Positions 18,380 to 27,383 of a stretch of 64,000 bases of DNA are shown in pieces (position 1 is the stretch's first letter; the number at the start of each line of letters is the position of its first letter). A program made the position numbers and the translations under genes. The notes beneath the pieces are model-generated. The model had not been told where the DNA came from. It made no database searches and was given only the letters and a program-made list of their open reading frames with translations. Source of the DNA: Candidatus Hydrogenedentota bacterium (GTDB lineage Bacteria; Hydrogenedentota; Hydrogenedentia; Hydrogenedentales; CAITNO01); the NCBI GenBank assembly GCA_019455225.1, contig JACFMU010000001.1, positions 291 through 64,290 on the forward strand, given 5' to 3'.

Positions 18380-21300
18380 CTATCCGGCATAGCCGATGGA
18401 CTCCAACTGCTCGCGCTCCTCGGTGGAGAGTTCTGCGTCCGCGCCGGGCTGCGGCGCGTTTTCGAGTATTTCCCGCCGGTACCGTTCCAGCAGCGTCTTC
18501 AGGGTGCCAAGCACCGCTGAAAACCCCGCGTCGTTTGCAAAGTCGCGCTGCTGTGCGGGGTCGCTCCGCATGTCATACAGTTCCAGGGGCTTCGTCCCGC
18601 GCGGGTTGCCCGGATTGGCCTGGATAAGCGCGTGGTCCCTGCCGCGCAGCGACTGGAGCACGTTGTTCTCGAAGTCGTTCTCGGCATACGAGTGGTGTAT
18701 GTCCGCATTGGCGGGGTTGCCGTCCGCGCCGAAAAGGGACTGGCCCTGCATGCCCGGGTCCGGGGGCAGCCCGGCGAAATGCAGCATCGTCGGCGCAAGG
18801 TCCACCAGCCGGGCGAAGTCATTATTTTCCAGGCCCGCGCGGGCGCCGCCGGGCAGTTTCACGATGAGGGGGACCCGCAGCAGCTCCTCGTAGAGCGTCT
18901 GGCCGTGCCACCATCCCCCGTGATCATAAAATTCCTCGCCGTGGTCCGACACAAACACCACCAGGGTATTGTCCCACAGTCCGCGCTCGCGCAGCCCCTC
19001 GAAAAGCGCGCCCAGATGCCGGTCCATGTATTCCACCTCGGAGGCGTAGGCCCGTTTCATGGGCTCCAGAAACTTGTCCGGGTCGGGACGCTCCATGCGG
19101 GCGCGGGCATAACCCACGCCGGGCCGGGCATGGTCCATGAACGGGTCATGGGTGTCCATGTAGTGGACATACAGGTAAAAGGGCCGGTCTTTGGGCCGTT
19201 TTGGCCCGTCCAGCCAGTTGAGGGCGGTGCGTGTGACCGACTCGGCGGGCTGGTAAAAATTCGCAATGCGGAGTTTGCCGCCGCGCAGTTTGCCCTCAAC
19301 GGCGAGATAGACCCGGCGCATCACCTGGTAGAGGGACAGGTGCGCGCCGGAGGCGGGCGCGCCCAGCAGAATGTCCGGTTTCAGGTCCACATAATCCGAA
19401 AAGCCCCGGTTGAACCCGAACAGCGCCATTGTGTTGGGGTTGTTGGAGAATCCCTGGGCGTGGTAGCCCGCCTGCGAGAGGATTCCGGCCAGGGTCGGCA
19501 CCTCGGGGGAGATGACGGCGGTTTTTGTGGTGGCCTTGTGCCCCTCGGGATAGCGGCCCGTGAACATGGTGCCAAATGAGGGCTTCGTCCATGACGCCTG
19601 GGAGAAGGACTCCTTGAAAAGGACGGACTCGCCCGCAAAGGCGTCCAACGCGGGGGTCTTGGCCGGAGACTGCGGGTTGTACCGCCCAAGGTGGTCCGCC
19701 CGGAGCGCGTCCGCCGCGCAGAGGATGATGTTTGGCCCGGCGGCGGCGGGCGCCGCAGGGGCCGCAGCCTCCGGCGCACTGGCCAGCAGGGGGGAGAGGG
19801 CCGCGCCGAAACCGATGAGCAACAGCCAGACCGCCACCCCGAGGACAAAGAGCGGCGCGGGCCGGTTGCGCGTCATGCGCCCGGCAATCACCGCCTTGAT
19901 ATAAGCGGAAAATCCAAACACGAGGGCGGTTCCCCCGGCCAGCCCCGCAAGAAGCAGCAGGTCGCGCGGAGTCAGGCCGTGGCCGGAGAGCACATCGCGC
20001 TGGTAGCGGTACAGGGCGATGACCAGACCGCCGACGGCATAAGTCGCCGCCACGGACAGCGCGAAGGAGACGCGCCAGGAGGGGAAGCGGTCCAAAAGCA
20101 GGCAGAGGAAGACCAGGCCCAGCCCAACGGCGCCGCCGGCGGCGGCAAACAGGACACCGTAGGCCAGAGGCCCCCACCAGAACAGGCCCATTTCCTCCAT
20201 GCCGCCCAGCCGCTGCCAAATCCACAGCCCCTCGAACAGGGCGATGGTGGCGCCCGCCAGCGCGCCCCCGAACTTGCAGGCCGTGATGGTGGTGAATATA
20301 TGCCGGCGGTAACGCGCGGTCTGCTCCGGAGTCAACGCCGCGCCCCCGCCCATGCCCATCCCGCCCGAAGTGCGGCGGAACTCCTCTATGTCGCGCCGGA
20401 CGGCGGCGGGGTCCGCCCGCCCGCCCATCAGCAGCAGCGGAACACTGAGCAGGAAGGGGACCAGTTCTCCGGCCCAGAGCTCGAGGTGGCCGCCGAGGAT
20501 GGCCGTGGCGTGCCCCGCCGTGGCGCCCAGCACGAGGCCGAAGGCCAGTTCGCGCACGCCGATGCCGGAGATGGTGAAGGCCAGCACGGACGCCGTGATG
20601 AGCAGCGGGCCGACGAAGAAAATGTCCGCCACGGAGGCGTTCTCGGCGCGGATGGCCATGAAGGTGAAGATGAAGGTGGTGCAGGTGCCCAGATGCACGC
20701 CCACACCGCAGGCAAGGGCGGTCAGGAGCGACCCGCGCGACCCGGAATAGGCCGTGACGGCGTCACCGAGGCGGTTCACCAGCCGCCGCAGGCGGCCCGG
20801 CACGGGCAGCACGGCCGCCAGCACCTGGATGACGCGGGGGTTCAGCAGGAGCAGGAGACTGCCCGCCACCCCGGCGAGCAGGCAGGCCATGATGACGGCC
20901 AGCAGGGGGATGTTGATGTTCAGGTAGCGGAAACCCAGGGGAAAGGTGGTGAAGACCAGGAAGGCCAGGGCGATGATGCCCGTGAGCTTCTCCACGGCGA
21001 TGACCGTGGCGCATTTCACCGGGTCCCCCGTGTGCCGCGAGGACTCGACCAGGCGGAACCCGTCCAGGCCGATGGTGCCGGGCAGAATCAGGCCGATGGC
21101 CCGGCCCATGAACCACTGGTAGGCCATCAGGCGGAGCGGCATGCGCAGGCCCTGGCCGCGCAGGAGCAGTTTCCAGCGCAGGATGCCGCAGGAGATGCCG
21201 AGCAGTTTCACGCCGGTGGCGCAGGCCATCCAGAAGATGAACTCGCCCAAGCCCGCGCTGCTGACACGGCGCATCTCCAGCAGGATGTCCACGGGGCGCA

Positions 21301-21415
21301 CCCCGCCGAAAAGGCCCGCGCCGAGGCCCAGCCATTCAGGCTTGAAAACGGCCGCGAAGAGGACGGCTATCACGGCCAGTTTAAGGCTGAAGAACAATGT
21401 TTTTTTGGAAAACAT
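18380..21415 (-). CDS. Polytopic membrane fusion: flippase-like (LPG_synthase_TM) domain plus additional TM block plus alkaline-phosphatase-fold sulfatase-like domain
   Basis: 1011 aa. The N-terminus LRWKLLLRGQGLRMPL...LPGTIGLDGFR matches the MprF-type flippase-like domain. The C-terminal domain NIILCAADALRADHLG...SWTKPSFGTMFTGRYP is sulfatase-fold, with Thr where formylglycine sulfatases have Cys or Ser. Confidence 0.75.
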   Translation of the reverse strand: MFSKKTLFFSLKLAVIAVLFAAVFKPEWLGLGAGLFGGVRPVDILLEMRRVSSAGLGEFIFWMACATGVKLLGISCGILRWKLLLRGQGLRMPLRLMAYQWFMGRAIGLILPGTIGLDGFRLVESSRHTGDPVKCATVIAVEKLTGIIALAFLVFTTFPLGFRYLNINIPLLAVIMACLLAGVAGSLLLLLNPRVIQVLAAVLPVPGRLRRLVNRLGDAVTAYSGSRGSLLTALACGVGVHLGTCTTFIFTFMAIRAENASVADIFFVGPLLITASVLAFTISGIGVRELAFGLVLGATAGHATAILGGHLELWAGELVPFLLSVPLLLMGGRADPAAVRRDIEEFRRTSGGMGMGGGAALTPEQTARYRRHIFTTITACKFGGALAGATIALFEGLWIWQRLGGMEEMGLFWWGPLAYGVLFAAAGGAVGLGLVFLCLLLDRFPSWRVSFALSVAATYAVGGLVIALYRYQRDVLSGHGLTPRDLLLLAGLAGGTALVFGFSAYIKAVIAGRMTRNRPAPLFVLGVAVWLLLIGFGAALSPLLASAPEAAAPAAPAAAGPNIILCAADALRADHLGRYNPQSPAKTPALDAFAGESVLFKESFSQASWTKPSFGTMFTGRYPEGHKATTKTAVISPEVPTLAGILSQAGYHAQGFSNNPNTMALFGFNRGFSDYVDLKPDILLGAPASGAHLSLYQVMRRVYLAVEGKLRGGKLRIANFYQPAESVTRTALNWLDGPKRPKDRPFYLYVHYMDTHDPFMDHARPGVGYARARMERPDPDKFLEPMKRAYASEVEYMDRHLGALFEGLRERGLWDNTLVVFVSDHGEEFYDHGGWWHGQTLYEELLRVPLIVKLPGGARAGLENNDFARLVDLAPTMLHFAGLPPDPGMQGQSLFGADGNPANADIHHSYAENDFENNVLQSLRGRDHALIQANPGNPRGTKPLELYDMRSDPAQQRDFANDAGFSAVLGTLKTLLERYRREILENAPQPGADAELSTEEREQLESIGYAG

Positions 21416-21464
21416 GCATGCCTTTCATTGGGTGGGCGCGCAACCGACACCGGGCCCGCCCCGC

Positions 21465-21953
21465 TCAGGTGTCCGCGAATTTGGCGCGGAGGCGCGACTC
21501 GACCTCGGGAGTGACGTAATGGCAGACCTTGCCGCCGAAGGAGGCGATTTCCTTCACCTGGCGCGAACTGAGGAACAGGTACGGCTCGCTGGGCATGAGG
21601 CAGACCGTGTCCACGTCGGGGTTGAGTTTCTGGTTGTTGATGGCCATGGACAGCTCGAACTCGAAATCGGAGACGACGCGGAGGCCGCGGATGAGCGCCA
21701 CGGCGCCGTGCTTGCGCGCGAAATCCACCGTGAGCCCGCGAAACTGGGCTATCTGGATGTTTTTCATGGACGCGGTCATCTCGTGGAGCATTTCGAGCCG
21801 CTCCGGCACGGAGAACAGGGCCTGTTTGGCCTCGTTTTGGGCCACGGCCACAATCACCTTGTCGAATATCTTCGCCGCCCGCGCCACCAGGTCCAGATGG
21901 CCCAGGGTGGGGGGGTCGAAACTGCCCGCATACACCGCAATCCTATTCTTCAT
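21465..21953 (-). CDS. coaD: Pantetheine-phosphate adenylyltransferase
   Basis: MKNRIAVYAGSFDPPTLGHLDLV... is the classic CoaD N-terminus, and the length is 162 aa. The start overlaps the larC stop by 11 nt. Confidence 0.9.
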   Translation of the reverse strand: MKNRIAVYAGSFDPPTLGHLDLVARAAKIFDKVIVAVAQNEAKQALFSVPERLEMLHEMTASMKNIQIAQFRGLTVDFARKHGAVALIRGLRVVSDFEFELSMAINNQKLNPDVDTVCLMPSEPYLFLSSRQVKEIASFGGKVCHYVTPEVESRLRAKFADT

Positions 21954-23154
21954 CACACCATTCCCCGCGTTGGGCCGCCGCCTGGGCCGCCTCGATGACA
22001 CGCCGCACAGGCACCCCCGCCGCCTCGGCGCGGACCCGGCAATCTTCAAATTCAGGGTGCGCCGTGGACGGCGCGCCCTCAAACTCGGCCACTTTGACCC
22101 GGACCCGGCCCTGGGGGGTTTGCACGGTTTTCCATGAACGGGCCAGGGTCACGCGGCGCTCCCCGCGCATGCGCACGCCCAGGGTGGTGGTGTGCGCGAA
22201 CAGACAGCGGACGATGCCGGAAACCTGGCCGACGTCGCACAGCACGGTCAGCAACTGCGCCGGGCGCCCCTTCTTGCCGAAGGCCGGGGTGATGAACGCG
22301 TCCCGCGCGCCCGCCGCCAGCAGCGCCTCCATCGCCGGGGCGAGCATCTCGCCGCTCATGTCGTCCAGCAGGGTCTCGATGACCGTGACTGTCTCGCCGG
22401 AGGCGTCCCCGCCCGCCGCGCCCGCGGCGGCGTCCGCCTCGCCCAGCACGGCCCGCAGCACGTTTGCCCGGTCCGGCAGGTCTTTGGTGCCCGCGCCGTA
22501 GCCCACCCCCTCCACCGTCATGGCGGGCATGGGGCCGAAGGACTCCGCCCAGGCGGTCATCAGGGCGGCGCCGGTGGGCGTGGCCAGTTCACCCTCCACC
22601 CCGCCGCCGCAGGCGGGCGCTCCCCGGAGCAGGGCGGCCGTGGCCGGGGCGGGCACGGGCATCACCCCGTGGGCGCACTGGATGGTGCCGCACCCCACCT
22701 GGATTGGCGAGACCACCACGCGCCCCACGCCGAGCAGGCGCAGGGCCAGATGCGCGCCGACCACGTCCACAATGGAGTCAATCGCGCCCACCTCATGGAA
22801 GTGCACCCGTTCGACGGTGGTGCCGTGAATGGCGGCCTCGACTTCGGCTATCCGGGCAAACACGGCGATGGACCGCTCCTTCACCGTTTCGGGCAGGTCG
22901 CCGCGCCGGATAATTTCCACCACATGGCGCAGATGGCGGTGGGGCTTGTCCGTGTCCGGCTCGATGAGCACCCGGAACTGGGTGGCGGACACCCCCTTTT
23001 TCACCACCCGCTCCGCCGCGACACGGTAGCCCGGCACCCCGAGCGAGTCCAGCCCCGCCCGAAGGGCGTCAAAATCAGCGCCCAAATCCAGCAGGGCGCC
23101 CACGGTCATGTCGCCGCTGACACCGCTGAAACAGTCAAAGTACAGCGTTTTCAT
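21943..23154 (-). CDS. larC: Nickel-pincer cofactor biosynthesis protein LarC (nickel insertion, DUF111)
   Basis: MKTLYFDCFSGVSGDMTVGALLDLGADF is the hallmark LarC N-terminus. It is a 403 aa single ORF. Confidence 0.85.
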   Translation of the reverse strand: MKTLYFDCFSGVSGDMTVGALLDLGADFDALRAGLDSLGVPGYRVAAERVVKKGVSATQFRVLIEPDTDKPHRHLRHVVEIIRRGDLPETVKERSIAVFARIAEVEAAIHGTTVERVHFHEVGAIDSIVDVVGAHLALRLLGVGRVVVSPIQVGCGTIQCAHGVMPVPAPATAALLRGAPACGGGVEGELATPTGAALMTAWAESFGPMPAMTVEGVGYGAGTKDLPDRANVLRAVLGEADAAAGAAGGDASGETVTVIETLLDDMSGEMLAPAMEALLAAGARDAFITPAFGKKGRPAQLLTVLCDVGQVSGIVRCLFAHTTTLGVRMRGERRVTLARSWKTVQTPQGRVRVKVAEFEGAPSTAHPEFEDCRVRAEAAGVPVRRVIEAAQAAAQRGEWCDEE

Positions 23155-23916
23155 CTATCTCAGTCCATTCGCGATGCGGTTGATGGCGGAGGCCGCCACC
23201 GCCGCGCCGAAGCCGTTGTCTATGTTCACCACCGTGAGCCCGGTGGCGCAGGAGTTGAGCATGCCGAGCAGCGCGGCGATGCCGCCGAAACTTGCGCCGT
23301 AGCCGATGCTGGTGGGCACCGCGATGACCGGCGCGTTCACCAGTCCCGCCACCACGCTGGGCAGGGCGCCCTCCATGCCCGCGCAGACCACCAGGGCGTC
23401 GGCGGCCAGGAGCCGTTCCCGCTGGCCCAGAAGCCGGTGGATGCCCGCCACGCCCACATCGTAGACCCGCTCGACACGGCTCCCCAGGGACTCGCAGGTG
23501 ACCACCGCCTCCTCCGCGACCGGGATGTCGCTGGTGCCCGCGCAGACCACGGCCACGTACCCGTCGAGCGGCTCCGGCGGGTTCACGGTGATGGTGAAGG
23601 CCCGGGCCGCCTCATGGTGGACCGCTCCGGGGCATTCCGCCAGCACGGCCGAGATGACTTCCGGGGTGCAGCGGGTGCCCAGCACATTGCTGCCATGCCC
23701 GCGCATGCGCTCCGCGATGGCCACCACCTGCTCCGGGGTCTTGCCCGCGCAGAATATGGTTTCCGGGTAGCCCTTGCGCAGGGCGCGGTGGTGGTCCACC
23801 TTGGCGAAACCCAGGTCCTCAAAGGGCAGGGAACGAAGCCGTTCAAGCCCCGCATCCGGGGTGGTTTCCCCCGCCGCCACCGCCTGGAGCAGTTCCAAAA
23901 TTTGCGCCGCGTTCAT
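23155..23916 (-). CDS. larB: Nickel-pincer cofactor biosynthesis protein LarB (AIR-carboxylase-like)
   Basis: 253 aa. VVCAGTSDIPVAEEA...VYDVGVAGIHRLL is the PurE-like LarB core. It directly abuts larC. Confidence 0.85.
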   Translation of the reverse strand: MNAAQILELLQAVAAGETTPDAGLERLRSLPFEDLGFAKVDHHRALRKGYPETIFCAGKTPEQVVAIAERMRGHGSNVLGTRCTPEVISAVLAECPGAVHHEAARAFTITVNPPEPLDGYVAVVCAGTSDIPVAEEAVVTCESLGSRVERVYDVGVAGIHRLLGQRERLLAADALVVCAGMEGALPSVVAGLVNAPVIAVPTSIGYGASFGGIAALLGMLNSCATGLTVVNIDNGFGAAVAASAINRIANGLR

Positions 23917-24004
23917 CGGGTAAGGTTCATCCCGCAGTTGTTGCCTGTTTCCGGCGGACCGCGCCGCAAACGCCCGTCATGATCCAGTCTGATGCCGCTT
24001 TCGC

Positions 24005-24023
24005 GGAAATGACCCTCATTTCC
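24005..24023. promoter_or_regulatory. Candidate metalloregulator operator (Fur-box-like palindrome)
   Basis: GGAAATGAcccTCATTTCC is a perfect 8+8 inverted repeat in the divergent larB/fldA intergenic region. Its core AATGA-N3-TCATT equals the centre of the classical Fur box. It is immediately followed by a GC hairpin GGGCGGC-N9-GCCGCCC. Confidence 0.3.
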
Positions 24024-24239
24024 CGGGCGGGGGCGGCTTTTACAGTGCCGCCCGCGTGACAGTCATGGTCTTTTTCGAGAAAACCGGAAAAAAGCCGCCA
24101 AATACTCCGGAATGGTACTTCATGGGAGGTTCGGGGCGCAAAAGCGGGCAGACTATCCGGCATCAGGATTGAAATGCGCCCCCATGTTGTTATCAAGTGG
24201 TTGAGTCCGGATTGCAAACTGTCAGGAGCGCGAAGAAAC

Positions 24240-24749
24240 ATGGGTTCGGTAAGCATCATTTACGGGAGCACCACGGGCAACACCGAGGAGGTGGCGGAGC
24301 TTGTCGCCCGCGAGTTGAACGGTTCCGTGCAGGTCATCAAGGACATTGCCAAGGCTTCCGCGGCGGACTTTTCCGCGGCGGAAATCCTTCTGCTGGGCAC
24401 CTCCACCTGGGACGACGGCCAGTTGCAGCAGGACTGGGAGTATTTCTTCCCCCAGTTGGACACGATTGACCTGACCGGGAAAAAAGTGGCCCTCTTCGGC
24501 CTGGGCAACGCGCAGGGCTTTTCCGGCCAGTTTGTGGACGCCCTGGGCAAGCTGTACCACAAGATTGCCGAGCGGGGGGCGACCATTTGCGGGTTCTGGC
24601 CCACGGACGGCTACACGTACAAAAGTTCCGGCGCGGTGCTGAACGGCCATTTCTGCGGGCTGGCCCTGGACCAGGAAAACGACCGGCAAAAGACCCCGCA
24701 ACGGGTCAAGGCCTGGGTCGCGCAAATCCGCCAGGAGATGAATTTCTGA
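24240..24749 (+). CDS. fldA: Long-chain flavodoxin
   Basis: MGSVSIIYGSTTGNTEEVAE... has the FMN phosphate loop (STTGNTE), LGTSTWDDG and the long-chain insertion. 169 aa from the ATG at 24240. Confidence 0.85.
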   Translation: MGSVSIIYGSTTGNTEEVAELVARELNGSVQVIKDIAKASAADFSAAEILLLGTSTWDDGQLQQDWEYFFPQLDTIDLTGKKVALFGLGNAQGFSGQFVDALGKLYHKIAERGATICGFWPTDGYTYKSSGAVLNGHFCGLALDQENDRQKTPQRVKAWVAQIRQEMNF

Positions 24750-24822
24750 CCGGGAACCGCACCGCGCTATAATACGCCCCCGTATCCCACCCCCACCCCA
24801 CCCATCCCCAAGCGGAGGCGTT

Positions 24823-25176
24823 ATGGAGAAGTTGTACGCGGTGCTGCTGCTTGTCGGCTCCAACATGTTCATGACCTATGCCTGGTACGGGCATCTCCGG
24901 GACATGAAGGGCCGCTTCCTGCTGCTGGTGATTCTGTCAAGCTGGGCCGTCGCCTTCTTTGAATACTGCCTGCAGGTCCCCGCGAACCGCATCGGCCACC
25001 AAGTCTTCTCCCTCCAGCAGCTCAAGGTGATGCAGGAGGTCATCAGCATCGGCGTCTTCGCCGTCTTCTCCGTGGCGTACATGCGCGAGTCCCTGCGCCT
25101 GGACTTTCTCTGGGCCTCCCTGTGCCTGGTGGCGGCGGCGTGGTTCATGTTCCGGGGGGGCGCCGCCGCGCACTGA
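24823..25176 (+). CDS. DMT-superfamily small membrane protein (DUF486)
   Basis: 117 aa. NMFMTYAWYGHLR is the DUF486 signature. Four TM segments. Confidence 0.7.
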   Translation: MEKLYAVLLLVGSNMFMTYAWYGHLRDMKGRFLLLVILSSWAVAFFEYCLQVPANRIGHQVFSLQQLKVMQEVISIGVFAVFSVAYMRESLRLDFLWASLCLVAAAWFMFRGGAAAH

Positions 25177-25262
25177 CGCGCGCGGGGTTTGTCTTGCCGC
25201 GCAAAAGCGGGTATCCTATCCGCGGGTCCGTTCAACGGGCAAAACGCCCCGGGAGTGCCGCC

Positions 25263-26054
25263 ATGTCCGGCGAAAAGGCGACGGAAAAACTGCAAATCGG
25301 CGATCCGCGGCTGGTGGTCCGCTGGACCCGGCGCTACGCGCGGAGCCGCACCATCTCCTTCCTGGTCCAGTGGGTGGTCATTGTGTTCATGATCCTGGTC
25401 ATCGGGCTGGCGGCGAACCTGACCAACACGGCCCACCGCACGGGGAGCATGGGGCTCTTCGGCCTGTCCATCGGGCTGATGGCGCTGTCCGTGCTCGGTC
25501 TGGCGTGGTTCTCCCTGTCGCGCTGGAGCGGCGAGCTCATCTGGAACATCACCCAGTGGCTCTACGGCGGCGAGGGCTATGCCGCCTTTGCCGGCCCGTC
25601 CGGGCACAAGACCCTCCCCCTGTGGCTCACCGCCCTGGGCGGGGGGCTGGTGGTGTACCACCTGGTCATCGCCATGCTGGTCAGTTTCAATTATGTGTCC
25701 CTGCGCAGCATGCAGCCCTTCTCCGCCGCCTACATGGCGCCCTACCTCATGATTCTCATCGTGTACCAGGGGCTGGGCTTCTGGGCCTGGATTTGGCCCG
25801 CCCTCTACGCCCTGCACGCCGTGCTGCTGCTGGCCGGGGCGCCCATCCGCTTCCCCGCACACTTCCCCCTGCTGGACATGATTGTCCCGGTCTTCGGCTA
25901 CGGGCTGGTGGCCATTCTTGCGGGGCACGCCTACAGCCGCTACGCACTCTGGAACCTCAAACGGGTGACCCGCACGGTGCTGCCGGAATTTCCCACAGAC
26001 GCGGACGGGGACGCGGAGACGGGCGGCGGCGCCGGGGACTGCGCGCATGAGTGA
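25263..26054 (+). CDS. Polytopic membrane protein (hypothetical)
   Basis: 263 aa from the ATG at 25263, with about 6 hydrophobic segments. Its stop overlaps the start of the downstream wHTH gene by 8 nt. Confidence 0.5.
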   Translation: MSGEKATEKLQIGDPRLVVRWTRRYARSRTISFLVQWVVIVFMILVIGLAANLTNTAHRTGSMGLFGLSIGLMALSVLGLAWFSLSRWSGELIWNITQWLYGGEGYAAFAGPSGHKTLPLWLTALGGGLVVYHLVIAMLVSFNYVSLRSMQPFSAAYMAPYLMILIVYQGLGFWAWIWPALYALHAVLLLAGAPIRFPAHFPLLDMIVPVFGYGLVAILAGHAYSRYALWNLKRVTRTVLPEFPTDADGDAETGGGAGDCAHE

Positions 26055-26340
26055 GCTCGACCGGGTCATACATGAGCCGGCGCGGCTGCGCATCCTCACC
26101 CTGCTTTCGGGGCTGGACGAGGCCGATTTCAATTTCCTGCTGAACACGGCGGGGCTGACCAAGGGCAACCTGTCGTCCCACATGGACAAGCTGGAGAAGG
26201 CGGGCTATGTGGAGGTGCGGAAAAGCTTCAACGGACGCGTGCCCCACACCGATTTCAGCCTGACACCGGCGGGGGCGGAGGCGCTGGCGGAGTACTGGCG
26301 GGCCATTGACGCGATACGTTCGCTGCAGGAGAACCCATAA
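26047..26340 (+). CDS. Winged-helix transcriptional regulator (HTH_45/ArsR-like small regulator)
   Basis: 97 aa. IHEPARLRILTLL...LTKGNLSSHMDKLEKAGYVEV is a typical wHTH. Confidence 0.7.
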   Translation: MSELDRVIHEPARLRILTLLSGLDEADFNFLLNTAGLTKGNLSSHMDKLEKAGYVEVRKSFNGRVPHTDFSLTPAGAEALAEYWRAIDAIRSLQENP

Positions 26341-26359
26341 ACCGGGGAGGAGTCTCACC

Positions 26360-27370
26360 ATGAGCCGTTTTGTCGCCGTTTCTGGATGGGTGGTGGCCGC
26401 GGCGGCCTGCGCCGCCGCGCTGTGGCTGGGCGCGCAGGTCCGGGAAAAGGACGCCGAGGCGCTGCGGCTCTCCAAGGAAATCGCCCAGCTCCGTGCCGAG
26501 TCCCGGAAAATGGGCGAATCGCTGGACACCCTCCAGCAATCCCTTGCCAGCCTTCAGGGCAAATGGGAGGAGGGCATGCTGGGTGAACTGAACGCCAGGC
26601 CCGGCAAAGACAGCGCCGCCGCCGGTCCGGGTCCGGCAGCCACTTTGGGCGGCGGGGCTGCGCCTGATATCTCCAAACTCGTTTCAGGCCTGCTGGGCGG
26701 CGCGGGAAAGCAGGAGAAGCCGGCCGGGGGGCCGGCGGCCATCATGGACATGTTCAAGGGCGAGCAGGGCCGGGCCATGCGCGAAATGTCCGCAAAGATG
26801 TCCGTGGGCATGCAGTACGACGGCTTCATGGACTTGCTGGGGCTTGACCAGGAGCGGCAGGACGAGGTGCGCCGCATTCTGGAAGAGTACATGATGGAAA
26901 CGCTGGAGTCCGCCACGGATGCCATGGACGGCGATTCCGACGCCATGGAGAAGAGGGACGGGGATGCCAAGGCGCGCATGCGCGAGCGGCTGAAGGCCGT
27001 CATCGGCGCGGACGGTCTGGCGGCTTTTGACGAGTATGAGGAGGAGCTCCCCGCGCGGATGATGGAGCAGGCCCTGGACATGCAGCTTCGCATGATGGGC
27101 GGCGTCGCCGAGGAAAACATCGCACGGATAAAGGAGGTCATTCTGGAGGAGCTTCCGCTCCAGCCCACAGAGCCCAATTTCAACCCGGAGAACATGGCCG
27201 GGGTCTTCCAGGGACAGCAGGAAGGCTACGAGCGCGCCCTGGCGCGGCTCGCCGAGGAACTCCCCGAACAGGAGTACCGCACCGTCGAGCGCTTTGTCCG
27301 CCAGCAGGCGCAAATGATGGAAATGATGGAGCAGATGGTCAGCAGCGGGCTGGGCGGCGCGACGCCATAA
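26360..27370 (+). CDS. Membrane-anchored coiled-coil, Met/Glu-rich protein (hypothetical)
   Basis: 336 aa from the ATG at 26360. It has one N-terminal TM segment, a coiled-coil stretch, then a Met/Glu/Asp-rich helical region (MMEQALDMQLRMMGG, QAQMMEMMEQMV). No family recognised. Confidence 0.5.
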   Translation: MSRFVAVSGWVVAAAACAAALWLGAQVREKDAEALRLSKEIAQLRAESRKMGESLDTLQQSLASLQGKWEEGMLGELNARPGKDSAAAGPGPAATLGGGAAPDISKLVSGLLGGAGKQEKPAGGPAAIMDMFKGEQGRAMREMSAKMSVGMQYDGFMDLLGLDQERQDEVRRILEEYMMETLESATDAMDGDSDAMEKRDGDAKARMRERLKAVIGADGLAAFDEYEEELPARMMEQALDMQLRMMGGVAEENIARIKEVILEELPLQPTEPNFNPENMAGVFQGQQEGYERALARLAEELPEQEYRTVERFVRQQAQMMEMMEQMVSSGLGGATP

Positions 27371-27383
27371 GGAATGCGGCGGA

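Noticed and set aside
23927-24259. 110-aa minus-strand ORF filling the larB/fldA intergenic region.
   Set aside because: It has no recognisable motif or signal and overlaps the flavodoxin start. The region contains operator-like palindromes and hairpins, so it is more likely regulatory DNA.
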